Below are positions 25,364 to 37,393 of a stretch of 64,000 nt of DNA, in pieces (position 1 is the first letter of the stretch; each line of letters opens with the position of its first letter). The DNA is from Malacoraja senta. Taxonomy: Eukaryota. The translations under genes were made by a program, and so were the position numbers. The notes under the pieces were generated by a model. The model had not been told where the DNA came from and did no database searches. It worked only from the letters and a program-made list of their open reading frames with translations. Location of the stretch: positions 62,001 through 126,000 of the forward strand of contig JAXLNO010000104.1 of NCBI GenBank assembly GCA_038087875.1. Direction: 5' to 3'.

Positions 25364-27027
25364 GCAGGAGTGGGGCGCCGTTGTGTATGGCTGCTCTGCC
25401 TGCAGTCTGTCCTTTCACCCTTATTTTCAGTTTGTTTAAAAACTAGTTTGGAGGTTTTCTAGCTCTTTTATGTGGTGGGTGGGGGGAGGGGAAAGGGGAA
25501 AACTGTATTTCTTAGTCCCATACCTGGTCGGAGAGGCGGCTTTCCTCCGAGTCGCATCTTCTCCCCTTCCTCACAGCCTACCATCGGGACTGGAGCGGCG
25601 TTTCCTGCCGGGACCGGCCAGAACCCCAGCTTCAGCGGCTGCACAGCGCTGAAGCACCATCACGAAGCGGGCGATGTTTTACCGAGGATCGCCGTGCGGT
25701 ATGCTCCAGAGTGCTGAGACCGCCGATTCCAACATCGCGGAGCTGTGGTCGCGGAGCGTCCAGCTGACTTCCAAACACCGCGGAGTCTGCGATCTATCGC
25801 CGAGATCGCCAGTGTCGGAGCTCCGACCAGCGCGGCCTGTGGACTTCTTTAAAAAAAAATTATAATATTTTTATTAGAAGCAAAGACATATTGCGGTAAA
25901 AACATTTCATGTTTATCAATCATACATTATTAATATTATCAATTGTGGATTGATTCTGCTTCTAGTTATTTTTATAGATAGAAAGTCAGAAAGAAAGAGA
26001 AAAAAAAGAAAAAAACAAATGTCAAGATAAAAAATAAAAGTGGAATAATTTACTAATAATACATCATTGGCGATAGGTTCGTAGGTTATAAAGTATAACT
26101 TTTCATCTAATCTTAATTTCAAGCTTCAGTTAGGTTCCCGTGCCGAACCGATCTACCCCTTCAAATAGTCAATGAATGGAGACCATATGCTAACAAAAAG
26201 TTCTTGTTTGTCCATTAAGACAAGTCTGATTCTTTCCAGGTGTAGAGTCTCCGACATTTCCTTAATTGTGGGGGTTATAGGACCTTTCCAAAATGTTAAT
26301 ATTAATTTTTTCCCAGTTATTATACTGTAGTCTAGGAAGTTTCTTTGGGTTGTTGTGAGTGTTAGACTTTGTTCTGATATTCCAAGTATTATTAGTTTTG
26401 AATCGGGATCCAATTTAGTATTGACAACTTCAGAAATTATTCTAAAAATATCAATCCAGAAATTTTTAAATTTTAAACAATTTGCAAAAGTATGTGTTAA
26501 GTTAGCCTCTAGATGCTGACATTTATCACAAATACGAGAGATATGTGGGAAAATTCTAATTAGTTTTGCTTTAGAATGATGTAATCTGTGTAATACTTTA
26601 AATTGTATTAAAGCATGTCTGGCATTTAACGAAAATTGGTGTATATATTGTAGACTTTCGTCCCAAATATCTTTCGTTATAGGTTGGCCTAATTCATTTT
26701 CCCATGTGTGTCTATATGATTCCATCGATGGGACCTCATTATCTAAGAGGGTGTTATAAATATAAGTTATTAATTTTTATGTTTTAGGATGTTTATTCAA
26801 ACATTCGTCAAGGATTTCTGGTTCCCTAGTCCTATAATTTTGTGTATTGGATTTAACATAATTTCTAAGTTGTAGATATCTGAAAAAATTATTTGAGTGT
26901 AGTCCGTAGATCTGTTGTAACTCCTGAAATGAAAGAAAAGTGCCTTTTCTATAAAGATGTCCCATTTAATTTCTTCTATGTAAAGCACTTTGGTTTCAAC
27001 GCGAGTTGATTTAAATGTGCTATAAAA
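25364..27027 (+). mobile_element. Non-autonomous retroposon with the same head type and an L2-type tail, split by L1
   Basis: TTAACT duplicated at 25358-63 and 27028-33; tail TGTAAAGCACTTTGG...TTAAATGTGCTATAAAA. Confidence 0.7.
25849..26972 (-). mobile_element. L1-clade LINE 3' fragment
   Basis: ORF2 C-terminus: FFRYLQLRNY, IQFKVLHRLH, CDKC...H...C, WSPFIDYL; then AATAAA and an A/T-rich end. Confidence 0.85.
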
Positions 27028-30000
27028 TTAACTCATTTTTTCCTCTTCACATACCTAAAGAAGCTTTTACTGTCCTCCTTTGTATTCTTGGCTACCTTAC
27101 CATCGTACCTCATCTTTTCTCCCCGTATTATCTTATTAGTTATCTTCTGTTGCTCTTTAAACATTACCCAATCCTCTTGCTTCCCGCTCATCTTTGCTAC
27201 GTTGTACTTCTCTTTTATTTTTATACTGTCCCTGACGCCCCTTGTCAGCCACGACCGCCCCTTACTCCCCTTGGAATCTTTCTTCCTCCTAGGAATGAAC
27301 TGATCCTGCACCTTCTGTATTATTCCTAGAAACAGCTGCCATTGTTGTTCCACTGTCATCCATGCGAGGTTATCTTTCCAGTCAACTTTGGCCAGCTCCT
27401 CCCTCATGGCCCCATAGTCCCCTTTATTCAACTGTAACACTGACACCTCCGATCTACCCTTCTCCCTCTCCAATTGTAGATTAAACCTGACCATATTATG
27501 GTCACTACTTCCTAATGGCTCATTAACCTCAAGTTCCTTTATCAAATCCGGTTCATTACATAACACTAAATCCAGAATTGCCTTCTCCCTGGTCGGCTCC
27601 AATACAAGCTGTTCTAAGAATCCATCACGAAGGCACACTACAAAGTCCCTTTCTTGGGGTCCAGTACCAACCTGATTTTCCCAGTCTTCCCGCATGTTGA
27701 AATCTCCCATAACAACCACAGCATTACCTTTGCTACATGCCAATTTTAACTCCTGATTCAACGTGCACCCTATGTCCAGGCTACTGTTTGGGGGCCTGTA
27801 GATAAGTCCCACTAGGGTCTTTTTACCCTTACAATTCCTTAGTTCTATCCATACTGAATCCATATCTCCTGTTTCAATGTCACCCCTTGCAAGGGGCTGA
27901 ATTTCATTCCTCACCAACAGAGCTACCACACCCCTCTGCCCACCTGTCTGTCTTTTCGATAGGCGGTATACCCTTGAATATTCAGTTCCCAGCCCTAGCC
28001 CTCTTGCAGCCATGGCTCTGTAATTCCCACAACATCATACTTGCCAATTTCTAACTGAGCCTCAAGCTCTTTCACTTTATTTCTCATACTTCGCGCATTC
28101 ATATACAGCACTTTGACCTCCTTTTTCACGTCCCCCCTCGCACCGCTCACAATTGGCCCTGACCTTACTCTTTTATCCCTTCTCGTTACTTTGGGCTTTC
28201 CTTCCCATTAATTCGAGAATCTTTTGTAATTTTTCCTGTACTCACTTCCCCTTCAACTCTATCTTTATACTCCCAATTTGTCAATCCCCCCCTCCCCCAC
28301 TATTTAGATTAAACCCACACAGTGAGCCCTTGTTACTGCTGCCCCTGCACTGATTGAATCGGTTCTTTTAAGTGGCAAATAACTATGAATTGTCAGACTG
28401 CACGGATAATGCCATCCGGATGCCCGATAAGATACACAACACGCTTGCCGAGAGATTTCGGAATCGCTCGCTCTCGTCAACAAAACAAACAAGTCGGGAG
28501 GAGATTAATTTGTGAAGGGTGCGCCTTTTTATTATTTTTTCGTCAAAGATAGGGGAACACAGTCAGTTATTTATATGATGTCACGGCTTTGAACCTGGTT
28601 TTAAGAAGAATCTGCGAATGTAACTTGAGATGTCCTCCGGAAACAGGAATAAAATGACGAGGGCATTGATAGAAAGGAGCTTTAGGAAATAATCGAGGAA
28701 GTTTCGCAGGGTCGCAAAGATAACAACTTCTGACTTTTATCAGTGTATTGAATAAAAGTCAATTCTGGATATGTACTATGGTTCTCTCTTATAACTGTAC
28801 ACCAATTGCTAAAACAGTTCTTCCCCAAACTGGGGTCTCGTACTGAAGAAGGGTCCCGACCAGAAACGTCACCATTCCTTTTCTCCAGAGATACTGCCTG
28901 TCCTGCTGCGTTACTCCAGCATTTTGTGTCTATCTAAATTATAGTACTGATCCTCTCAACATACCTCATTAGATTAGACAGTTCTCTGGAACTGTTACGC
29001 CACCTTGCTGAAAACCCCCCATATTCTGCACACTGGTAATTTCTCTTCAATCAGTCTGTTGTACTTATGTATGGTTTCATTGCATTCATCTACAATGTAC
29101 TATTATACATATCATATCCACCGGGTGGCGCCAGCAATGGCTGCCTCGCCAACAGTCTGTCTCGTCCATTCCTTCATTGTTGTTTATGGTGACCTCATCA
29201 CTAGGGTCGATTGACACAAACGTTCATTTGTCACCGTGGTACAGAATAAGAATGTCCCTCACCCAATATGGAATAAAAATGTAGAAACAAAGAACTGCAG
29301 ACGCTGGCTTATAACAAAGGTATGACACAAAGTGCTGGAGGAACTCAGTAAGTCAAGCAGCATCTCTGGAAAAAAAGTTCATAAGGTGACGCAGGGTCCC
29401 AACTCAAAACATCACCTATCCATTTTTCTTTTGAGATGCTGCCTGACCCACTGAATAATTCCAGCACTTTGTGTCTGTAATAAGGAGGAATGTCAGATGC
29501 TGGTTTACACCAGAGATAGACACAAAGTGCTGGAGTAGCTCAGTCAAAGGAAGGGTCCCGACCTGAAACATCACCTATCCATTTTCTCCAGAGATGCCAC
29601 CTGACCCGCTGAGTTACTCCAGCGCTTTGAGTTTATCCTGGTACCACACCCAATTATTGGTTTCAATAGCTTTTTAAGTTTCTGTGGAAGTTAAATTGTT
29701 AACAGGGGGTTGTTCTTGAAGACTGGTTCTCACTTTAGTTAAACATAACAATCCACATAATTCTGTAAACTCCTGGATAATCTCCAAATCTAATGGCCAA
29801 TTGGTATCCCCAGTTCCATGTGACAACTTGTTCTGGAAACCAGAGGAAATATTTTCTTTGTCAGCTCATTCCAATTCCTCAAGGATGTTGAACACCTCCA
29901 ATTGATCACTAGAATCCTTCCTGTTCCTTTTTACGGGCTACTGGTTTTCTCCATGTAACCTGTGCTTACAATTTATAATCAAAGATTAGGCACAAAACGC

Positions 30001-31092
30001 TGGAGTAACTCAGCGGGTCAGGCAGCATCTCTGGAGAAGGAATGGGTGACCTTTCGGGTCGAGACCCTTCATCATACTACTTCAGAAGTAGAATCATTCT
30101 GATAAATGTGGAACACTCGCTCCAAAAGTAATACAAATCTCCCCACAATGCTAAGCACATACTGAACAGTACACTGAACAATGGCAAACCAAGCTTTGTT
30201 AATGGTAACTTTTCCCTCTGCTTTAGATGACTTGAGATAAAAGAACAATATTCCATTAGCCTTTTAAACTATTCGCTGTAACCATTCATTTAGTGCTGCC
30301 TGTCCTCACAAACACTCATTGTTTTGCTTCCCCACTTACTAACCATCTTTCCGCTGACTGATCAGCACGCAACAATCCCTGTACCTTGGTACACACGACA
30401 ATAAACTAACCTAAATTCTTCACACCTTACGCCATACAGAGTTTCAGCCATTTACGTAATCTGCCAACAATTGTTGAATAAACGGTGATCATGAGCTCTT
30501 AAAAAAATATCTTGTTGATATTTTCTAGATCAAGTTCATTTATTTTCTAATTCAATAATCCCTGTCATGACTGTTTCCCAAAGACACTAAAACTAAATAT
30601 TTCCTTCTCTTTCTGTCAACATTATCGTTCATAGACCCCGCTTTAATTACATTTGGCAGAGGTAACAAACTTCAAACAAAAAATCTTAAATCATTATAGC
30701 CAGTGTAAAATAAAAAGTATCCAACATGTGTACCAGCCATTCACTTCCACCAACAGTTTGATAAGTGCTCCCTGAACCTCTCGACTTAATTAAATATTTA
30801 CCTTGCATTATTCTTGAAGTTGAAGTGTTGTCAAGATCAAGTGTTGTCAGAAATCTGAGGCTAATAGAGTGCATGGTACCACTAAAAAGGAAAGCAGTCT
30901 TTTCGATGAAAGTTGCTCCCAATGGGAACTAATGATAGAGTTAAAGGGACACACAATAAGGAAGTAGGGCACTGAGGAGTAGTATCACTGATCACCAGCC
31001 AATCATTTACACACGAATCGCAGCTTTTATTCTCCCCACATTCCTATTAACCCCCCAGTTCCATCCATTCCATCCATCAACCAACTAACCTA

Positions 31093-31280
31093 AGATACAC
31101 ACAAAAAAACTGGAGTAACTCAGCGGGTCAGACAGTGTCGTTGGAGAAAAAGAATAGATGACTTTTCAGGTCGAGACCCTTCTACAGACCCGAAGCTTCA
31201 CTATTCCTTCTCTCCACTGAGTTACTACAGCATTTTCTGTGTATCTTTGCCTTAAACTAGCATCTACAGTTCCTTCTACA
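31093..31280. mobile_element. Short Penelope-derived element with inverted structure and a 15-bp TSD, inside a SINE
   Basis: CAACCAACTAACCTA at 31078-92 and 31281-95; internal inverted repeat AGATACAC..GTAACTCAG / CTGAGTTACT..GTGTATCT. Confidence 0.65.
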
Positions 31281-31539
31281 CAACCAACTAACCTATCAAG
31301 CTCCACATCTTTGCGAGACAGGGGGTAATGTGGAGCACTGGGAGAAAACCCTTGAGGTCATCTAGAGAGAATATACAAACTCCACAGAGACTGTATCAGA
31401 GGTCAGGACTGAAGCCACTTTGCTGGGTCAGTGAGGCAGCAGCTCTCTACCAGCTGCACCCCAATGCTGTTCATCATTTTACAATATTATAATGTTTAAG
31501 ATTCTAAAATATAAAAATATTCATAGTTTGTAGTGTAAC

Positions 31540-31770
31540 TTTTTCACACAAGGGGAGGTGGGTGAATAGAACGAGTTGCTGGAGGAGGTAGTTGAGGCAG
31601 GTGCTATCACAACATTTAAGAAACATTTTGACAGCTTCATGGACAGGACATGTTTAGAGGGATATGGGCAAAATGCAGGCAGGTTTGACTAGTGCAGATG
31701 TGGCATGTTGGCCAGTGTGGGCAGGTTGGGCTGAAGAGGCCGTTTCTCCGCTGCAAGTCGATGACTCTAC
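31540..31770 (+). mobile_element. CR1 3' end fragment (similar fragments at 32950-33130, 50380-50660, 59094-59335)
   Basis: FFTQRVV..WNELPEEVVEAGT-type C-terminus plus 3' UTR. Confidence 0.7.
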
Positions 31771-33552
31771 TTATAAGGCACTTTCCCTTTCACAGAAATA
31801 GTTACGGCTAATGAAATACTTCTGAAATATTAACTTTTTGTGGAGGAATGCCCAAAAATGGCAATGAGAAAAAGAACAGGTAATCTCTCCCAGAATTAGG
31901 CAGGACATCAGGGAAAATGTCCCAAATCATACTCATTTTTAAATTCCAACAAAAATCCTACAAAAAGTAGACTTCTCATTAGCTATTGAAAGCTGAACCT
32001 TCTCGCAAAATATAACAATGAGTTTACAGCCCGCATCTCTGCTGGTAGCTGCTAATGAAACTAATTAACCTTTGACTAAACTCTTGAAACCTGATTCCAA
32101 TTAAACAATTATTCAAATTCTCCAATAAATGTTCAAATGGCCACACCCATCGGATGATGCAACTTTTTTTATTTAATCGTGAAGCTTTTATAACGTAATC
32201 AAAAAAATCTTGCCATTTTTAAGTGTTACCTCATTCTTTCAATAGTCCAGGCGAACCTTTCTGTGTTTTCAGTGCAAACATACGGAAAGACAAGTGACCT
32301 TTATTAAGTGTCCACTCGATTCAGTTGCAGTATTCTTGCCTTTGATTAGGAAGGGTCGGTTGGCCACACACTTCGACCTTCAGGTAGAAGGTAGAGGAGC
32401 CTGAAGACTGCAACGACCAGGTTCAGGAATAGCTACTTCCCCACAGCCATCAGGCTATTAAACTTGGTTTGGACAAATCTCTGAACATTAATAGCCCATT
32501 ATCAGTATATTTATTCATGTGTGTATATATTTATGTAATGGTATATTATATTATTATTTAAAATTATTATATTACAAATTCATTTCACTTGCACTTTATG
32601 TGCAATGTGATGAATAAAACCGTATTGTATTGTATATATGGACACACTGATCTGTTTTGTAATTAATGCCTACTATGTTCTGTTGTGCTGAAGCAAAGCA
32701 AGAATTTCATTGTCCTATCAGGGACACATGACAATAAACTCTCTTGAATCTTGAATCTTGCTCCCAGTATTGTCGTGCAGTACTGAGAGTGCTGCATTAT
32801 GGCGATCAGAATGATATCCCGATTGCCTGTTCAGGGAGATGTGAAAGATTTTGTTTTGTCACCTTAACAAACAAAGCAGTAATTATATTCAGTAACTAGG
32901 GTAATATTCACTGAATCAATCAGTGAAGCAGTTTAGCTGCCCAATAGTCTTCTATGTTCAGAGGGTGATGGGTTCATGGAACGAGCTGCCAGGGGAGGCA
33001 ATTGAGGCAGGTACAATAACAACATTTAAAAGGCACTTGGACAGGTACATGGATAGGAAAGGTTTGGAGGGCTATGGGTCAAATAGGACAAGTTTAGATG
33101 GTAATCTTGGTCAGAGTTGGGCCAAGGAGCATGTTCATTGATAACTAAGCTTCACAGTTAGACCTTGGAAAATGTTTATCACTTCTTGTATCTCAGGAGC
33201 AATCTCTCAGAAAATCAGACAACTCTGATGAAATTTACCATCGTCTTCAATGTACTAGCACAGCCTTTGGTCAATTGTGAAGGTTCTTAGTGACCTTAGA
33301 CCTGGAAAAAGCTACCACTGCAGTGATCCCTTGCATATTTTTCAAACTGGGATATAGATCATCAGATGTTTAAGATGTATCAGGTTTTACTATTAACATC
33401 CTCCTCTGACTTCCTCATCTTCACTGGCCTCTTGATTCTTCAGCATGCCAAGGATTTTGGTGCTTTCTGTGAATATAACTTGCTACACAAGCAGGAAACA
33501 TTCACAAGGATTGGTCAGATATTACCCATATGAATGAATTGGCCAGATTCAC

Positions 33553-33727
33553 CTCTCGCTCTGCCTCTCTCTCTCTCTCTTCCCTCTCTGCCCTCTCTTT
33601 CTGTGCCCTCTCTCTGCCTCTCTCTACCCATCTCTCTCTGCCCATATCTCTGCCCATCTCTCTCTGCCCATCTCTGCCTCTCTCTCTGCCCATCTCTCTG
33701 CCCCTCTCTCTGCCCCTCTCTCTGCCC
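33553..33727. repeat. CT-rich simple repeat, unit about CTCTCTGCCCAT
   Basis: Seen directly. Confidence 0.85.
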
Positions 33728-33960
33728 TAAAAAAGAACACACAATACACAATAAAATGTAACACAAACACCCACCACAGCATTCTTCACTGTGGTGGAAG
33801 GCACAAAGTACAGTCAGTTCTCCTCCATTGTTCCCCCGTGATCTGGGCCATGAACCTCCACAGTCGCCGCTGCGGATGTACAGGCCCTCTCTTCTGGAAG
33901 GTAAGTCCCGAATCGGTGCTTCCCTACCGGAGATTGCGGCTTCAAGACATTGTGTTTTCA
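33728..33960 (-). mobile_element. Diverged fragment of the same non-autonomous family
   Basis: AACACACAATA...CCACCACAGCATTCTTCACTGTGGTGGAAGGCA matches 18465-18540. Confidence 0.55.
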
Positions 33961-34519
33961 CCTTCCTTTGGGAATTGTATCAACATAAAGGAAGTACATA
34001 AGCACTGGAGTAACTCAGCGGGTTGGGCAGCATCTCTAGAGGACATAGATAGGCAATGCTTTGAGTCGCGACCCTTCTGCAGACCTGAAATGTCGCCTGC
34101 CCATTCCCTCCACAGTTGCTGCCTGACCTGCAGAGTTCCTCCAGCACTTTGTGTTTGGCTCAGGATGCCAGCGTCTGCAGTTCATTGCCTCTCTTGTTCA
34201 CTGAATCCTGATTCCAAGTCTTTCTCCAATATCTCTCCATTATTCTTTCAATGTATGTCTTGTTGGCCTGTTGCACTATTTCTCCAAGGACTAGAATGCA
34301 AGAACAATATTGAAAAGACACTTGGACAGATATGTAGATAGGAAAGGTTAAGGGATATGGAACTAGCTCAGATGGGGCAGGTTGGTTGGCATGGACGATT
34401 TGGGCTGAAGGGCCTGTTTCTGTGCTGTACGACTGACTTTCCACCATCGTGAACTTGAATCATGACAGGGAAAAGTGAATGGTTTTGCTTGGTGGTGTCT
34501 CCTGCAGCCCAGTCTGCAG

Positions 34520-35315
34520 AGCTGTGTGTGTGTGTGTACATGTGGGGCAGGTGTGTGCACGGCATGGGACTGGTGTGCACGTGTGTGTACATGTGGGGCT
34601 GGTGTGTGCACGGCATGGGACTGGTGTGCACGTGTGTGTACATGTGGGGCTGGTGTGCATGTGCACTGGGCAAGGTGTGCACAAATGTATACCTGGGGTT
34701 GTGTGCACATGTGTGTGTGTGCTTGGGCTGGTGTGTGCCTGTATGTGTGTACATGGGGCTGTGTGCCCATGTGTGTGTTTGGGACAGTGTGTGCATGTGG
34801 GGCAGTGTGTGCCTGTATGTGTGTACATGGGGCTGTGTATACATGTGTGTGTGTGCTCGGGCTGGTGTGTGCCTGTACGTGTATACATGGGCTGTGTGTA
34901 CATGTGTGTGTTTGGGAGTGTGTGCGTGTGGGGCAGTGTGTGCCTGTATGTGTGTACATGTGTGTGTGTGCCCGGGCTGGTGTGTGCCTGCATGGGTGTA
35001 CATGGGGCTGTGTGTACATGTGTGTGTGTGTGCTCGGGCTGGTGTGTGGCTGCACGGGTGTACATGGGGCTGTGTGTACATGTGTTGTGTGCCCGGGCTG
35101 GTGTGTGCCTGCATGGGTGTACATGGGGCTGTGTGTACATGTGTGTGTGTGTGCTCGGGCTGGTGTGTGCCTGCACGTGTGCACATGGGGCTGTGTGGAC
35201 ATGTGTGTGTGTGCTCGGGCTGGTGTGTGCCTGCACGTGTGTACATGGGGCTGTGTGTACATGTGTGTATGTGCTCGGGCTGGTGTGTGCCTGCACGTGT
35301 GTACATGGGGCTGCA
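34520..35315. repeat. GT-rich minisatellite, about 40-62 bp units
   Basis: Repeats of GTGTGCTCGGGCTGGTGTGTGCCTGCACGTGTGTACATGGGGCT. Confidence 0.9.
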
Positions 35316-35356
35316 TGCTGACTGTGCCTCTGACCCACCACCCCTCTCTGTGCCAG

Positions 35357-35537
35357 GCCTGGCCATGCTGGACGGCTTTGTGTTTGCTGTGGGCTCGCGG
35401 CTGGGAGGGCAGCTCGAGGCTGGCCTCCATCGAGTGCTACAACCCCAGCACGAACGCCTGGCGCTTCCTGGCCTCCATGAAGATGGCCATCACCAGCCCG
35501 GCGGTGGTGGCTTTCCAGGGGCTGCTCTACATCGCAG
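35357..35537 (+). CDS. Kelch exon (LAMLDGFVFAVG[+4 nt]GWEGSSRLASIECYNP...LLYIA)
   Basis: CCAG acceptor; GTAAAG donor; 4-nt frameshift. Confidence 0.8.
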
Positions 35538-35830
35538 GTAAAGCCCGAGGCACGGCACAGCACAGCATGACACGGCATCCGGGGAACAGGTCTGGGCTGC
35601 TATTGCCACGTGACCTGGGATACAGGAGAGGGGGGGGGGGTTTGAGGGTGCAGAGCTGATATGGCCTCTCTCTGCAGGGGGGGGGAGTGGGATGAGGGTC
35701 TAGCCCAGGTCAGTGAGGGCTGCCTGACCCGGCCTCTCTCCACAAGGGGGTTTGTGTTGGAGCGGGTGGGAGGTTGGAGGAGGGGGAGGGAGTGGGGTGC
35801 ATGGGGTCTAACAGTCTATCTCTCTCTCAG

Positions 35831-35977
35831 GGGGGGCTGTTCTGGAGGACGGTGACGGCATGAATCTGGTTCAGGTTTACAACCCCAAGTGTGACTCGTG
35901 GTCGGAGGTGGCTCCCATGCAGATCCCTCGCTCTGGCTCCGTGGCCTGCATCCTGCACGGCAAGATCTACATCATCG
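35831..35977 (+). CDS. Kelch exon (GGAVLEDGDGMNLVQVYNPK...GKIYII)
   Basis: CTCTCTCAG acceptor; GTGAGA donor; phase 1 to 1. Confidence 0.85.
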
Positions 35978-36239
35978 GTGAGAAGTCCCATATATCGGTG
36001 TCTTTAGATAAAGGCATGAGCTGTGGGTGTGGTGTGGGGTGCAGGGGTGGGAGGCAAGCTGGTGCAGCCCTGGGCAGCACACTACAGCCTGCTAATAAAC
36101 ACACCAGGAACCGCTGGTGCTGGCTGGCAGAAAGAAAGACACAAAGTGATGGAGTAACAGCGAGTTGGGCAGCATCTCTGGAGGACATGGAGAGGTGTTT
36201 GGGTTAGGACACTTCTTCAGTCTGATTGTGTGTGTCTCT

Positions 36240-36425
36240 CTATTGATTAACCTACAAACCTGCACATCTTTGGAATGTGGGAGGAAACCGGAGCATCCGG
36301 TGAAAACCCACGCGGTCACAGGGAGAACGTACAAACTCTATACAGACAGCACCCGTAGTCAGGATTGGACCCGGGTTCCTGGGGGTTGTGTGCACCAGTA
36401 CCCGCTGCGCCACTATGCCACAACA
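36240..36425 (-). mobile_element. HE1/V-SINE-type SINE
   Basis: Reverse-complement SINE core. Confidence 0.75.
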
Positions 36426-36860
36426 GTGTTGAAGAGGAAGTAGTGCCTCTCTCCAGGTACCACAGCACGCTATCTCCATGCTAAACTAAACCAAACCTGA
36501 GTAAGTGCAAGAGGGCCAGAACAGGAGAAGGAGATCAGCAACTGGAATCTAAGGCAATCGGTGAATTTCCAGTGAATTCCAGTTCATCATGGACAAGGAA
36601 TACACTCCCCCAGCTCTAGACGTGTGGGTTTGTAGGTTAATCAGCCTCTGTAACTTGCCCCTAGTGTGTGGGGAGTGGATAAGAAAGTGGGATAACATAG
36701 AACTAGTGTGAACGGGAGATGGATGGTCGGTGTTGTCTCAATGGGCCGAAGGGTCTGTTTCCATGCTGTAGCTCTAAACTAAACTATACGTACCTGCCTA
36801 ACCCACCCAGAATGAACATTAAAGTGCAGTTGAAGCAGTGACTGGTGTTTGACTCTGCAG

Positions 36861-37026
36861 GCGGCTGGCACGCATCGACCGAGAACACTGACAAGGTGGA
36901 GCAGTACAACCTCAGGACCAACACATGGACGATGTGCGCCCCCATCAACGAGCGGCGGCACCGGCCGGGCGTGGCGGTCATCGACGGCACCATCTACGTG
37001 ATGGGCGGCGAGGAAGGCTGTGACCA
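36861..37026 (+). CDS. Kelch exon (GGWHASTENTDKVEQYN...IYVMGGEEGCD)
   Basis: TGCAG acceptor; GTAGGT donor; phase 1 to 2. Confidence 0.85.
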
Positions 37027-37188
37027 GTAGGTGCCTCCGCTGCCGGGATTGACACCAGGACGTGCCGGGACGGCTTTATCATTGCCACATGTACCGAGTT
37101 ACAGGGAAAAGGTTTGATTTAAATGCTGTCCAGTCAGATCAGATAATACTGTACATATATACAATCAAGTCAAACTCAAGTACAATAG

Positions 37189-37393
37189 TGTAAAGAGGCA
37201 TCATAACACACTGTGTCTTTACTACTGTTTATTCATGATACACATACTTTACTGCCCTAGCTGTTCGTGGTCTGTCACCGGAACCAGAGAGAGCGAACAC
37301 TGGGTGGGAAGGTTGTAATTATACTAGTAATGTGGGGAGTGGTCAGTAGTGGTGAGGTCACTATGTTAAAGGTACATGCACATGTCATCTACA
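37189..37393 (-). repeat. 3' LTR
   Basis: Direct repeat of 41604-41808; adjacent PPT. Confidence 0.95.

Larger units (their letters stand above)
23392..28320 (-). mobile_element. Near full ORF2 CR1 LINE (APE + RT) with three nested inserts
   Basis: APE at 27033-28013 (IYRPPNS, MGDFN, LDLVLCN, LGSSDHN); RT pieces at 23650-25360. Confidence 0.9.

Noticed and set aside
33160..33305. Minus-strand exon candidate
   Set aside because: Better explained as an old + strand RTE LINE fragment (DEIYHRLQCTSTAFGQL).
34363..35659. Six long overlapping His/Thr- or Cys/Val-rich ORFs
   Set aside because: Artefacts of a stop-free GT minisatellite; only 35357-35537 is a real exon.
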